Below are positions 1 through 13,200 of a stretch of 64,000 nucleotides of DNA, piece by piece; position 1 is the first letter of the stretch, and each line of letters opens with the position of its first letter. The DNA is from Camelus dromedarius (lineage: Eukaryota). A model generated the notes under the pieces. It was not told the DNA's origin, did not search any database, and saw only the letters and a list, made by a program, of their open reading frames with translations. The translations under genes and the position numbers were made by a program. Where the stretch lies: contig NC_087437.1 of the NCBI RefSeq assembly GCF_036321535.1, positions 70,434,001-70,498,000 of the forward strand. Direction: 5' to 3'.

Positions 1-2124
1 TACCTTAATTTTCTTCATGTCCTTTACCTAAAATGACTATACCAATTAATTAGTCCATAGCTCTCAGCTGAAGGAGGGAAAGGTTAATTTGGGGAAAAAA
101 ATGAAAAAACAAAAGACCTTCCCTAGTGATTTCAGTATGTCTTCCTAGTAGAGGACCATTATTTGGCTACTTCCAGGATAACTACCCTGCCCTCCTAAGT
201 CATCTGAAAACGTGCAGAACAGGGTTCAGTCACACAGAGGTGAGCTGAGCATGGGCAATTTTCTGCTATCATCTTCCTGGTCCATGTGCTGTTCTCATGA
301 GCATTTATCCATCTGTTTGACTGAAAAGGCCAGGATTTAACTTAATCCCTTGCTTTTGGTGTGTTGACCCAGTGACAATTGCAGAATGCCTTGAGTTGGA
401 GATTTATATAGGGAATGAGATTGTAACAATCGTTTCCTCTTCCTATGAGCTGAGTTTATTAGCAATTTTGCACACTTTTGTTGGTATGGCATTTTGTTAT
501 CTATTTAGAGACTTTGGCCATATTTGCAGTAGTAGAACACACTTAGTATTAAATCTTTAGCATTATACATGGATGCCTCAGATCCATGTTCTACTTCATA
601 TAGTAAAAAGTAAAACAACAAGATTGGGCACCAAATTTTAAAATGGATTTAAATAATTAGAGTCAGTTATGTCACAAAATTTGCCCTTTCTTATTTCATT
701 TTTACTAGACTCCTCCCCCACTTATTTTCCAGTTATATTGTTCCATCTATGGAAATAGGCCCATTTCTTCACAAACAAAACAAAACAAAATGCACCCTTG
801 TCTTTCCAATTTTTTTTTTTTTTTTTGGTTCACCTTTGCCCAGAAAAATAGATTTCTTAGAAAGCCAAAGTTAGAGATGGAGTAGCAGGTGTTTTTCCCT
901 TTCTTCCTTTGGAGCCATTTTTTCTTATTTGAAGAGGGTGACTTGCCAGTGCCCTGACCTTCCCTTACAATGAGAAAAGCCTTACCTGGAAGACATCTCT
1001 GTGGATGATTTCAGGGTTGAATACAAGAGCTAAGAAAATGAAGACTTGTCCCACTTGAGTTGGGCGGCACGAAAAGAAAGAGTGATTTTTCTTGTTTTGT
1101 CAAAGTCTGTAGAGACTAGTTGTCATTAAGCCAGTGAAGCCAAGATCTGAAGACTAGCCCAAAGCACAATAATGCAAGTAACAAATGAATTCAATCCAAA
1201 ATCTAGGAATGAAGCAAAGCAATGTGGAGAGAAAAAGGAAAAAAGATTCTGGATAAGCTGTATGAGCCAAACTGAGGACGTTCTATCTTGTTGATACTGG
1301 TCTTCAACCACTTGGAACATGGATAGTTATGTACAACTGTTGATTAGAGTGTCCAGGGAGAGAGCAGGAGGCGATTTTGTCACTAGTTACTGTTGTATAG
1401 GAGCTTGGCCAGGAGATGCTGGGGCTGTAGTTTTCAGAATTCTTTCGCAGCCATGGAATGGCTCATTGTGCTGGTTACCCTGTGCTGCTGAGGGGCTGAA
1501 GGCTTGATCTCCAACTTCCAGGTAACCATAGTAGCAGTAGTATAGTTCACCTCAGGATACACCTGCTCAGGTGAGATTGTTCTGTGGAATGAAGCAGAGT
1601 TCTAGACTTCCACTTGGCAGCTACAGTCAAAGTGTTTTTCTTTGGAATGACAGCCCTCCGTTGGTAGAAGAGCTTTGTGTGCAGCAATGGCAGCTGCAAA
1701 TGAAGGCACTTCTGTTTCCCTTCTTCCCCAATATCAGCCAATGCATGGGGGATCTGTCTAGTTCCACAAGATGTTATTCCAGCCAGGACCCAGTGAAGTT
1801 TTCTATTTCTCTGGTATTTCCCCCAGGGAGTGATTGACTTTTAGTGGTATTTGCTGTTGAGTGAACTTGAGGTGCTGCAAATCTTATCTTGCTTTGGGAG
1901 AGAACTGTGACTATTCAACTTTCACTTTCTCTCAGTGTTCTCATTGAAGCATACTGGAACTGGTGCTTTTAAACTCACTCTTTTCTTAGGTAGGCCTCTC
2001 TTGACTCTGTAGTCTCAGCTTAAATGATACCTCTCCAAAGCAACTTTCTTAGATCTTCCTATCTAAGGTAAGGCCTTGTTGTTAGTCCATACCACGGTAC
2101 CATGTTTGCTTCCTTCTTAGTATA

Positions 2125-2470
2125 CAATCATCCCTTTGTATCTGTGGGGGCATTAGTTCCAGGACCTCCAGGGGTATAAACATCTGAGGATGCTCAAGTC
2201 CCTTATATAAAATGGCATAATATTTGCATATAACCTACGTACATTCCCCCTTTACACTTGAATCCGCTCTAGAATGCTTATAGTACCTAGTACAATGTAA
2301 ATACTATATAAGTAGTTGTAAATATAATGTAAATGTTACATAAATAATTGCCAGTGCAGGGCAAATTTAAGTTCTGCTTTTTGGAGATTTTTGGAATATT
2401 TTTTGAATATTTTTGATAGGTGGTTGGTTGAATCCAAGATGCAGAACCTGTGGCTATGGAGAGCCAACTG
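2125..2470 (+). mobile_element. MER2/MER2B-like non-autonomous TcMar-Tigger DNA transposon
   Basis: Diagnostic internal sequence GGATGCTCAAGTCCCTTATATAAAATGGC..TATTTGCATATAACCTAC; ends ..GGTTGAATCC..GAGCCAACTG; TA dinucleotide on both sides (2123-2124, 2471-2472). Confidence 0.85.
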
Positions 2471-2499
2471 TATATGACTACAGGAAATTTTAATTTGTG

Positions 2500-4400
2500 T
2501 GTGTGTATTGATAATTACATTTATTATAATAATTGATACGTTTGGATTTATGTCCATCATTTTTTATTTTGTTTCCTGTTTGTTCCCTCTCTTTTCTATT
2601 CCTCCATTTCCCATTTCCTGCCTTGTTTTGACATTATGTGAGCATTTTTTACAGTATTCCATTTTAATTTATCTATTGTGTTTTTGATCATATATTTATG
2701 TAATTTTAGAGGTTACTGTATAGTTTATAATTTTTATACTTAACTTTTCATAGTCTTTTAGAATTGCTATTTTGTCACTTCAAGTAGAATGTAGAACTTG
2801 CCACAGAATAAGTTCTTTTACTCTCTCAGTTTTGCATTATTGTTGTCATATATTATCTTTACTTATATTGAAAACCCCATCAGATAATGTTTTAATTTTT
2901 TCTTTCAACTCTCAAACATATTTTAAAGAATCCAAGAGGAGAGGAATAGTTTATGTTTACTCATGTTTATAATTTCTCTTGCTTTTCCTTTGTTCTTGAT
3001 GTGTAAATTTTCCTCTGGTATCATTTTTCTTCTGTCTGGAGAACTTCCTATAGCAATCCTAGCAGCCAATTTTTATAGCTCTTTTTCATCTGACAATATC
3101 TTTATTTCACTTCTATAAAGCTATTTTTACTGGACACAGAATTCTATATTGATGGTCCTTTTCTCTCAGCACTTTAAAAAAAAAAAGATGTATCATTTCC
3201 TTCTAAATTCTGTGGTTTCTGATGAGAAATCCAGTCATTTGGATTATTGTTCCCCTATAAGTGATGTGTGATTTCCTCGAGATGCTTTTAAGATATTTTT
3301 CCTTATCTTCAGCTTTCACAGTTCAGTTTTGATGTATCTGGATATGAATTTTTCATTTGTTTGTTTCTATTCTGTTTGGAGTTAGCTATGCTTCTCAAAT
3401 CTGTAGATTTATGTATTTCACAAAATTTGAGAAGTTTCCAGTCATTATTTATCCAAATATTTTCCAGCATTGTACCCTTTTTCCTTTCCTTCTGATACTA
3501 TGATGGCATGAATGCTAGACCTCTTGTTATTGTCCCACAGGTCCCTGAGTATTTTCTTAGTTATTTTTCTCTTTGTTGTTCACATTGGATGATTTCAATT
3601 ATCTGTTTTAATGCTTAGTAACTCTTTTCTCTGTCATCTTGATTTTGTTATTGAGAGCATCCAGTAATTTTGTTGTTGTTTTTGTTGTTTTTATTTTTGT
3701 GTTTCAAGACTGTTCTTGTTGGGGCATTTTTATAATAGCTAATTTAAAGTCTTTTTCAGACAATTTCAACATCTGTCTCATTTCAGTGTTTGTTATTGTT
3801 AATTATCTTTTCTTATGTGAGTTGAGATTTTCCTGGTTCTTCATATGCCTAGTAATTTTGGATTGTAACCTGGACATGTTTAATACTATGTGATTTTGAG
3901 TCTTTCTTAAAGTCTGTGAAGAATGTTGACATTTTTGTTTTAGCAGGCAATTGATATGGTTAGTTGAGGTCACAGTTTATAAGGTGCTTTCTTTGGTTTT
4001 GATGCCAGTTTTATTTTCAGTACTTTTCGGATCTATCCTTTGTGTGTACCAATGGCCATTCTTGGACCTAGGCACTGGTCTATCTGTTAATTTAGTTCTC
4101 TATTTCTTTTGTATGCTGATTAAAATCAGATCCATATATATTCAGCTTGGGATGAGCCCAGAATAACAGCTTTATGACATTACTTCTCTGAGTCCTTTTC
4201 TCTCTGTGATATCACTGGTATTTTTCAATTGCCTGGCACTCCCCTTTGTGGTCCTCCAGCCAACAAGTTGTGACTTTATTTACTGCACTCTGATGTACAT
4301 TTCTATGACTGTGCTCATGTTCAAGGCCAAATGGTGAGAAGGCAGACAGAGAAAAATAAAAGCAATGGGAGTTCACCCAACCCTCTTGCGACCACAGCTA
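2500..4400 (-). mobile_element. Old L1M-type LINE-1 fragment (5' region/ORF1/start of ORF2), highly degenerate
   Basis: T-rich antisense L1 ORF1-like motifs (e.g. GTTTCTGATGAGAAATC, TTTGAGAAGTTTCCAGTCATTATT); boundaries approximate. Confidence 0.7.
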
Positions 4401-6270
4401 TTTTTTTAAGTTAATTTTTAAATTAAATGCTTTACTACAATAAAACATACATATAAAAAAGTGAAGAAATCATAAGTATACATCTGGATGAATTTTCAGA
4501 AAGTGAACATACTCATGCAAATGAAACCCAGACCAAGAAACAAAGTGTTACCAGACCACAGAGCTCCCATCATCCCTCCTTCCACCCCTGACTCCCCTAG
4601 GGCAACTGCTATCCTGATTTTTAATACAAGAGAGTAGTTTTGACTGTTTTCAAACAATGTAGAAATTGAATCACGTGGTATGTCTTCTTTCACTTAGGTT
4701 TGTAAGATACTTTCATGTTGTGTTGCAGCTCTGTGTAGTTGCACATTTTAAAAAACTTTTCATTGCTTTATAATACTCGTGTGTGTGAATATATTACAAT
4801 TTAATTTTTTTTAGCTATTCTCCTGTAGATAGGATTTGAATTATTTCCAGTTTAGAGTCATTATGAATAGTGGTTACCATATGCATATTCTAGAACATGT
4901 TTTGTTCATGTCTAAGTATTTTTGCTGGAAATATACTAAAGAGTGATATTACTGATATGCTTATGTTCAGTTTTAGTAAATATCACCAAATAACTTCCAA
5001 AGTCATTATATCAATTCCTATTCTCAGTATCAGTATATGAAAGTTCCAATTTCTGACTTTTTCATTTCAGCTTTTCTAGCATATGTGGCATGGTAGCCCA
5101 TCGTGGCTTGCATTTCTCTGGTGATTAGTGAAATTAAGTATCTTTTTACATGTGTATTTTTTCATTTAGATATTCTCTTTTGTGATGTTCATTTTGAAGT
5201 TTATTGACGTTTTCCAGTTGGATTAGTTACTGTTTCTGTTGTTGACCTGAAGGTATTTCTTTATGGATGCATGTCCTTTGTCAGGTATACATATCACAGA
5301 TATCTTCTCTTACTCTGAAGCTTGTCTTTTCATTCTCTTACAGTTTTCTTTTGATAAACATTTTTTTATTTTAATGAATTTCAATTTATCCATCTCTTCT
5401 TTTATAGTGTTTTTTATAGTTTTAAAAAAGAAAAACCTCTGCCTACCATAAGATCATGAAGACGTTTTCCTTTGTCATCTTCTAGAAGCTTTATTGTTTG
5501 CCATTAACATTTAGGTCTGCATTTTACCTGGAATTTATTTCTTGTGTAAGATGTGGGGGGGGGGGGGTTGGGGTGGCAAGATTCCTTTCTATTTTGGAGG
5601 CAGATGTCTTAACTGATTAAGCACCATTTATTAGAAAAGTAGTCCTTTACCCAGCTACTTCAGCAGTAATTTATCGTTAAGTCGGGTGCTTACAACTATG
5701 TATGTCTATCTCTGGACTCCTTATTCTGTTCCATTGAACGGGTCTATTTGTCTATCTTTGTGCTAACATTAGATTTGTTATTAGTGTAGGCTTAAAAGAA
5801 GTCTTGTACCTGGTAGTGTAAATCCTTATGTATTCTTTTTATTATTCTTGGTAACTTGTTTCCATAAAAACCTTAGAATCTGCTTGTCAATATCCACAAA
5901 ATAGAATTTTCTGGAATTTTGATCAATATTATATTTTGGGGAAATTGATATTCAATCTGATAATGTATTATATTTCCCACTTATTTTAGTCTTTAATTTC
6001 TCTCAGTGATGTTTTATAGTTTATTCTGCAAAGACTTTAATACTTTTCTATTTATCTACGATATTTTATTTTATGCTCTTGTAAATGGTATTATTTTATT
6101 TAATTTTCTAAATGTCTGTTGCTACTATATAACAAAATAATTAATTTATATATTGTTTCACTTAGTAGCCAGGAATCTTGATAAATTCACTTATTAATTT
6201 TATTAGATTTTATGGGTTCTTTTTTAGGAACACAATCATGTTTTCTGTGAATAACTACAGTTTTATTTCT
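4400..6270 (-). mobile_element. Old L1 (L1MC/ME-like) 3' end plus 3' part of ORF2
   Basis: 3'-end motif CATAAGTATACATCTGGATGAATTTTCAGAAAGTGAACA followed by degenerate antisense ORF2 motifs (TTGCATTTCTCTGGTGATTAGTGA, ATTCTGTTCCATTG). Confidence 0.7.
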
Positions 6271-6289
6271 ATCTGCACACTCCACTTTA

Positions 6290-6490
6290 TTTTTTTCACC
6301 TCCAGTGAGATAATTGATATGTAACATTGTTTAAGTTTAAGGTGTATAATACGATAACTTGATAGCCTTATATGTGCAAAATGATTATCACAGTAAAGTC
6401 AGTTAACACCTCCATTACCTCACATAATTCCCTATTATGTGGATGTTATATTACAGTCTCAGAACTTGTTTATCTTATAACTGGTAGTTT
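6290..6490 (-). mobile_element. L1MA-like 3' UTR fragment
   Basis: GAGATAATTGATATGTAACATTGTTTAAGTTTAAGGTGTA..AAATGATTATCACAGTAAAG..TTAACACCTCCATTACCTCACATA. Confidence 0.65.
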
Positions 6491-6499
6491 GAGCCAGTT

Positions 6500-7756
6500 T
6501 AAGTAAAGTTTTGATAAATGTTCTATGTATACATGAAAATAAGTGTATTTTGTGGTTGTTGGGTGTATGGTCCTATGCATATCAACTAGATCAAATTTGT
6601 TAAATCTTTGTGCTCAAATATCTTACCTATCTCTTGATTTTTTACCTTCGTGTTCTATCTCTTGCTGAGAGAGTTATGTTAAAATTTTCTATGTGGTTAT
6701 GGATTTGTCTGTTTCTCCTTTTAGTTTCATCAGTTTTTGCTTTTTAAAACTATATTATTAGTTTGTATAAATTTAGAATTTTGATTTCTTCCTAGTAGAT
6801 TATTAAATTGCTCTTCTTGTATTACATCTTGTCTTATATTCTACCTAGACTGCTAGTATAATGTGTAGTTATCCTAGCTTTCCAAAATAAAATGATGTTT
6901 GATTGGTAACTTTTTAATCTTTTTACTTTCAACTTTTCTATAAACTCATATTTAAGATATGTTTCTTGTGAACACCATATTGTTGTTGTTTTTAACTTGT
7001 ATTTCAACTGTATTTGTTTCTCAAGTGTCATATTTAGTCTATTTACATTAAATGAAATTAGTGATATTCCTGGATTTAATTTATCATCTATCTGTATTTT
7101 TCTTTCTCTGCCATTTTGTATTTCCCATTTCCTTTAATTTCTTTGTTATTAGTCACTTTTTATTTCATCCCTTCCATTTTGCCTTACCAATTATATATTT
7201 TTAATTTTTAAATGGCTCCCAAATAAACTCTACTATAAATTATACCTTTTATCTCTTTCCTACAAGGAAACTGCTTTTGACCCCATTCAAATATAGGACT
7301 ATTTGTGCTATTGTCCTATATTATAATACTTCAGGTGCCCTAATTCCTAAAAGAAATTGTTGTTTTAATTTTTTTTCCTGTCAGTATGTATTCTTTTATA
7401 TTTACTCAGATATTGACCTTTTCTGATTTACTTCATTTCTTCCTGAATTTCCATATCACTGTCTGAGGTAATTTTCCTTCTACCTGAAAGATATCCTTTA
7501 GTATTCTTTATACTGGTGAAATTTTTTCTCACTTTTATTTTCCTGAAAATAATTAACTTTTTCTTCATTCAACTGAAGGATATTTTTATTGGTTATAGAA
7601 TTCTAGGTTGGTAGTTACTTTTTAAAAGCACTTTAAAGCTGTCATTGCTTTGCTCTTTGATTTACATTGTTTTCCATAAGAAATCATCTCTCAGACTTAT
7701 TACTCCTTAGAAAGTAATGCATTTTTATTCCTCTGGCTCTTATGAGATTTCTTATT
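6500..7756 (-). mobile_element. Old L1M fragment, left half of the host element split by the full-length L1
   Basis: Degenerate antisense L1 ORF2-start/ORF1-end sequence; ORF 6834..7031 (TTIWCSQETYLKY..KLKVK) is an APE endonuclease remnant; L1M-like sequence resumes after 15785. Confidence 0.65.
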
Positions 7757-9599
7757 TGATGATTATTTTTTTCATATATATATATATTTATTGAAGTATA
7801 GTCAGTTTACAATGTTGTGTCAGTTTCTGGTGTATAGCATAATGTTTCAGTCATACATGAACAATCATATATTCATTTTCATATTCTTTTTCATCACAAG
7901 TTACTACAAGATATTGAATATAGTTCCCTGTGCTATACAGTATAATCTTGTTCTTTATTTATTTTATATATATTAGTTAGTATCTGCAAATCCCCAGCTC
8001 CCACTTTATCTTTTCCCACACCTTTCCTCTGGTAACCTTAAGTTTATTTTCTAGTGAATCTGTTTCTGTTTTGTAAATAAGTTCATTTGTCTTTTTTTTT
8101 CTTTTTTTTAGATTCCACATATAAGTGATATCATATGGTATTTTTCTTTCTCTTTCTGGCTTACTTCACTTAGAATGACAATCCCTAGGTCCATCCATGT
8201 TGATGCAAATGGCATTATTTTATTCTTTTTATATGGCTGATAGTATTCCATTGTACAAATATACCACAACTTCTTTATCCAGTTATTTGTCAATGGACAT
8301 TTAGATTGTTTCCATATCTTGACTATTGTATATAGTGCTGCTATGAACATTAGGGTGCATATATCTTTTTAAATTAAGGTTCTCTCTGGATAGATGCCCA
8401 GGAGTGGGATTGCTGGATCATATGGTAAGTCTATTTTTAGTCTTTTGAGGAGTCTCCATACTGTTTTCCATAATGGCTGCACCAAACTACATTCCTACCA
8501 ACAGTATTGGAGGGTTCCATTTCCTCCATAGTCTCTCCAGCATTTATCGTCTGTGGACTTTTGAATGATGGCCATTCTTACTGGTGTGAGGTGATACTTC
8601 ATTGTAGTTTTGATTTGCATTTCTCTGATAATTAGTGATTCTGAGCATTTTTTCACATGCCTATTAGTTATTTTTATGTCTTCATTGAGGAATTGCTTGT
8701 TTAGGTCTGCAGCCCATTTTTGGATTGGTTTGTTTGGTTTTTTTTTTTCTTATTAAGTTGTATGAGCTGTTTATATATTCTGGAAATTAAGCCCTTGTCA
8801 GTCTCATCTTTTGCAAATATGTTCTCCCAATTCATAGGTTATATTTTTTGTTTTGCTTATGGTTTCCTTTGCTGTGCAAAAGCTTCTAAGTTTAATTATT
8901 TGTTTATTTTTGTTTATATTTCTATTGCCTGGGTAAACTGCCCTAGGAGAACACTGCTGAGATTTATGTCAGAGAATGTTTTGCCTATGTTTTTTTCTAG
9001 GAGGTTTATTATATCTTGTCTTATATTTAAGTCTTTAAGCCATTTTGTTATTTCTGTGTGTGGTGTGAGGGAGTGTTCTAACTTTATTGATTTACATGCT
9101 GCTATCCAGTTTTCCCAACACCACTTGCTGAAGAGACTGTCTTTACTCTATTTTAAGTTCTTGCCTCCTTTGTCAAAGATTAATTGGCCAAAAGTTTGTG
9201 AGCTTATATCTGGGCTCTGTATTCTGTTCGATTGATTCATATGTCTGTTTTTGTACCAGTACTGTGCTGTTTTGATTATGTAGCTCTGTAGTATTGTCTG
9301 AAGTCTGGAAGGGTTATTTCTCCAGCTTCATTCTTTTTCTTCAGTATCGCTTTGGCAATTCTGGGTCTTTTGTGATTCCATATAAATTTTAGGGTTATTT
9401 TTTCTAGTTCTGTGAAAAATATCCTGAGTAATTTGATAGGGAGCACATTAAATCTGTAGATTGCTTTGGGTAGTGTGGCCATTTTTAAAAATATATATAT
9501 TTTTACTGAAGGACAGTTTACAATATTGTGTCAATTTCTGGTGTACAGCACAATATTTCAGTCATATAGGAACATACATATATTTGTTCTCATATTCTT

Positions 9600-9670
9600 T
9601 TTTTCTTACATAGAATCTAAAAAAATACAGTAAACTAGTGAATATAACAGAAACAAAACAGACTCACAGA
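9600..9670 (+). mobile_element. 71 bp inverted L1 ORF2-end/3'UTR fragment
   Basis: Flanked by exact 15 bp direct repeat TGTTCTCATATTCTT (9585-9599, 9671-9685); short T run, then sense-orientation GAATCTAAAAAAA..AAACTAGTGAATATAACA..CAGACTCACAGA. Confidence 0.8.
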
Positions 9671-9898
9671 TGTTCTCATATTCTTCTTCACCATAGGTTA
9701 TTACAAGATATTGAATATGGTTCCCTGTGCTGTACAGCATGAACTTGTTGTTTATCTATTTTTTATATACATATATATTAGTTAGTATCTGCAAATCTCG
9801 AACTCTCAGTGTATCCTTTCTCACCCCCTTCCCTCCAAAGTAATCCTAAGTTTGTTTCCTATGTCTTTGAGTCTCCTTCTATTTTGTAAGTTCGTTTG

Positions 9899-10238
9899 TC
9901 TTTCTTTTCTTCTTCTTCTTCTTCTTCTTCTTCTTCTTCTTCTTCTTCTTCTTCTTCTTCTTCTTCTTCTTCTTCTTCTTCTTCTTCTTCTTCTTCTTCT
10001 TCTTCTTCTTCTTCTTCTTCTTCTTCTTCTTCTTCTTCTTCTTCTTCTTCTTCTTCTTCTTCTTCTTCTTCTTCTCCTTCTCCTTCTCCTTCTCCTTCTC
10101 CTTCTCCTTCTCCTTCTCCTTCTCCTTCTCCTTCTCCTTCTCCTTCTCCTTCTCCTTCTTCTTCTTCTTCTTCCTCTTCCTCTTCCTCTTCCTCTTCCTC
10201 TTCTTTTTCTTCTTCCTCTTCTTCTTCTTCTTCTTTTT
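9899..10238. repeat. Compound polypyrimidine microsatellite: (TTC)56, (TCCTTC)14, then mixed TTC/CTC
   Basis: Read directly: TTC 9907-10074, TCCTTC 10075-10158; no purine on the + strand from 9899 to 10238. Confidence 0.98.
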
Positions 10239-13200
10239 AGATTCCATATGTATGCAATATTATGTGGTATTTTTCTTTCTCTTTCTGGCTTACTTCACTA
10301 AAAATGACGTTCTCCAGGTTCATCCATGTTACTGCAGATGACATTATTTTATTATTTTTTATTGGCTGAGTAGTATTCCATTGTTTAAATATACCACAAT
10401 TACTTTATCCAGTCATCTGTCCATGTACATTTAGGTTGTTTCCATGTCTTGGCTATTGTAAATAGTGCTGCTACGAATATTGGAGTGCATGTGCCTTTTT
10501 GAATTAAGGTCCCTTCTGGATATATGCCCAGGAGTGGAATTGCTGGGTAGTATGGTAAGTCTATTTTTAGTTTTTTGAGGAATCCCCAGTATGGCCATTT
10601 TAACAATATTAATTCTTCCAATCCAAGAACATGGAATATCTTTCCATTTCTTTAAGTCATCTTTAATTTTCATAGTCGATATTTTGTAGTTCTCCATGTT
10701 TAAGTCTTTCACTTCCTTGGTCAGATTTATTCCTAAGTATTTTCTTTATACAGTTTTAAAGAGGGTTTTTTTGTTTGTTTGTTTACTTTCCTTTTCTGAT
10801 ATTTCATTGTTAGTGTAAATAAATGCAATTGATTTATGTATGTTAATCTTGTATCCTGCTACATTACCAAATTCCTTTATCAGCGTTAGTAGTTCTTGAG
10901 TTGAGCCTCTAGGGTTTTCGGTATATAGTATCATGTTATCCACATATAATGAGAGTTTTACCTCTTCTCTGACAATTGTATCCCTTTTATGTATTTTTCT
11001 TGTCTAATTGCTATAACTAGGAGTTCCAATACTATATTGAATAGAAGTGGTGAGAGTGGTCATCCTTGTCTTGTTCCAGATTTTAGCAGGAAGGCTTCCA
11101 GCTTTTCACCATTGAGTATTATGCTGGCTGTTGGTTTGTCATAAATAGCTTTTATTATGTTGAGCTATGTACCCTCTGTACTCACTTTGGTTAGAGTTTA
11201 TGTCATAGATGGGTGTAGAATTTTATCAGACGCTTTTTCTGCACCTACTGAAATGATCATGTGGCTTTTGTCCTTTCTTTTGTTGATGTGGTGTGTTACA
11301 TAGATTGATTTGTGTATGTTGAACCAATCTTGTGTCCCTGGGATGAACTCAGCTTGATCACAGTGTATAATCTGTTTTATGTGTTGTTGAATTCTATTTG
11401 CTAATATTCTGTTGAGAATTTTTGCATCTATGTTCATCAGTGATGTTGGCCTATAGTTTTCTTTTTTGGTAGTGTCTATCTGGCTTTGGTATCAGGGTGA
11501 TGGTGGCTTCACAGAATGAGTTTGGGAGTATTCTCTTCTCTTCAGTCTTATATAAGAGTTTGAGAAGGATCGGTATGAGCTCTTCTTTGTATGTTTGATA
11601 GAATTCCCTAGGGAAGCCATCTAGTCCTGGACTTTAGTTTGCAGGGAGGTTTTTTATTGCTGATTCTGTTTCATTTCTAGTGATTGGTCTTTTCAAATGG
11701 TCTATTTCTTCTTGATTCAGTTTTGATGGACTGTATGTTTCTAGAAACTTGTCCAATTTTCTAAGTTGTCCAATTTATTGCCATATAGTTGTTCATAGTA
11801 TTCTTTTATGATTTTTTGCATTTCTAAGATATTGGTTTTAATCTCTCCATTTTCATTTCTTATTTTGTTTATTTGTGTGCTCTCTCTTTTCTTCTTGGCG
11901 AGCCTGGCCAGAGGTTTGTCAATTTTGTTTACTTTTTCAAAAAACAAGCTCTTGGTTTGATTGATTTTTTTTCTATTTTTTACTTTCTATTTTATTTATT
12001 TCTTCCCTGATCTTTGTTATTTCTTTCCTTCTGCTGACTTTAGGCTTTGTTTGTTCTTCTTTTTCTAATTCTTTTAGGTGGTAGGTTAGGTCCTTTCTTT
12101 GAGATTGTTTTGTTTTTTGAGGAAGGCCTATAATGCTTTGAACTTCCTTCTTAGAACTGCTTTTGCTGCATCCCATAGATTTTGTGTGGTTTGTTTTCAT
12201 TGTTGTTTGTCTAAAGGTATTTTTAAGCTTCTTCTTTGGTTTCATCATTGACCATTGGTTTTTTAGTAGTACATTGTTTAGTCTCCATGCTGTCATTTTT
12301 TTTTTTTTTCTCATTTGTTTTTCTGTGGTTGATTTCTAGTTTCATGCCATTGTGGTCAGAGAAGATGCTTGAAATAATTTCTATTCTATTAAATTTGTTG
12401 CGGCTTTTCTTGTGCCCAAGTATATGGTCTATCCTAGAGAATGTTCTATGAGCACTTGAAAAGAACGTATATTCTGTTTTGGGGGGATGTAATGTCCTAA
12501 AAAATATCAACCAAGTCCAACTTCTGTTGTGTCACTTAGTATCTCTGTTACCTTACTGATTTTCTGTCTGGAAGACCTGTCCAATGATGTCAGTGGGCGT
12601 TGAAGTCTACTAATACTGTATTCCCATCAGCTTCCCCCTGTATGTCTGTTAGTGTTTGCATTATGTATTTAGGTGCTCCTTTATTGGGTGCATATATGTT
12701 AATGAGTATAATATCCTCATCTTGTATTGCTCCTTTGATCATTATATACTGCCATATTTTATCTTTTTTATGGCCTTTGTTTTAAAGTCTGTTTTACCTG
12801 ATATGAGTATTGGTGTTCCTGCTTTCCTGTCATTTCCATTTGCATGAAATATCTTTTTCCATCCTCTCACTTTCAGTCTATGTGTGTCCTTCACTCTAAA
12901 GTGGGTCTCCTGTAGGCAGCATATTGTAAGCTTTTCTTTTATTATCCAATCTGCCACTCTGTGTCTTTTGATTGGAGCATTTAGTCCATTGACATTTATA
13001 GTAATTATTAATATATGTATGTTTATTGCCATTTTGAGCTTTGTTTTCCAGTTGATTTTATATTTCTTCTTTGTTCTTTTCTTTTCCTTTTTGCTTTTCT
13101 TTTTGTGGTTTGATAATTTTCTTTTGTATTAGCTTGGTTTCTTTTTGGTTTTTGTGACTCTATTGTATTCTTGTGATTTGTGGTTACCCTGTTTTTCAAG

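Larger units (their letters stand above)
9486..10587 (-). mobile_element. Nested 5'-truncated L1 (ORF2 C-terminus plus 3'UTR) inserted in ORF2 of the full-length L1
   Basis: Repeats the ORF2-end/3'UTR sequence seen at 7790-8460; TSD AGTGTGGCCATTTT (9472-9485) / AGTATGGCCATTTT (10588-10601) followed by AA; host ORF2 (..IVKMA-LPKAIY..) is continuous across it. Confidence 0.92.
8108..13032 (-). pseudogene. L1 ORF2p (APE endonuclease, reverse transcriptase, C-terminal domain), frameshifted and interrupted
   Basis: Fragments in colinear order: [142 protein letters not shown]. Confidence 0.95.

Noticed and set aside
986..1029. Frame reading FNPEIIHRDVFQ, resembling a kinase HRD loop
   Set aside because: Lacks the K-x-x-N that should follow HRD, and no other kinase motifs are nearby; treated as coincidence
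1100..1960. GC-richer stretch with overlapping short ORFs, possibly an ancient retroelement or pseudogene
   Set aside because: No translation gave a recognisable domain; cannot be assigned without a Dfam or BLAST search
8720..9235. 171 aa hydrophobic plus-strand ORF (longest in the track)
   Set aside because: Antisense reading of L1 ORF2
9852..10301. Poly-Leu, poly-Ser and poly-Lys/Glu ORFs (149, 114 and 122 aa)
   Set aside because: Stop-free readings of the TTC microsatellite inside an L1; no evidence of coding function
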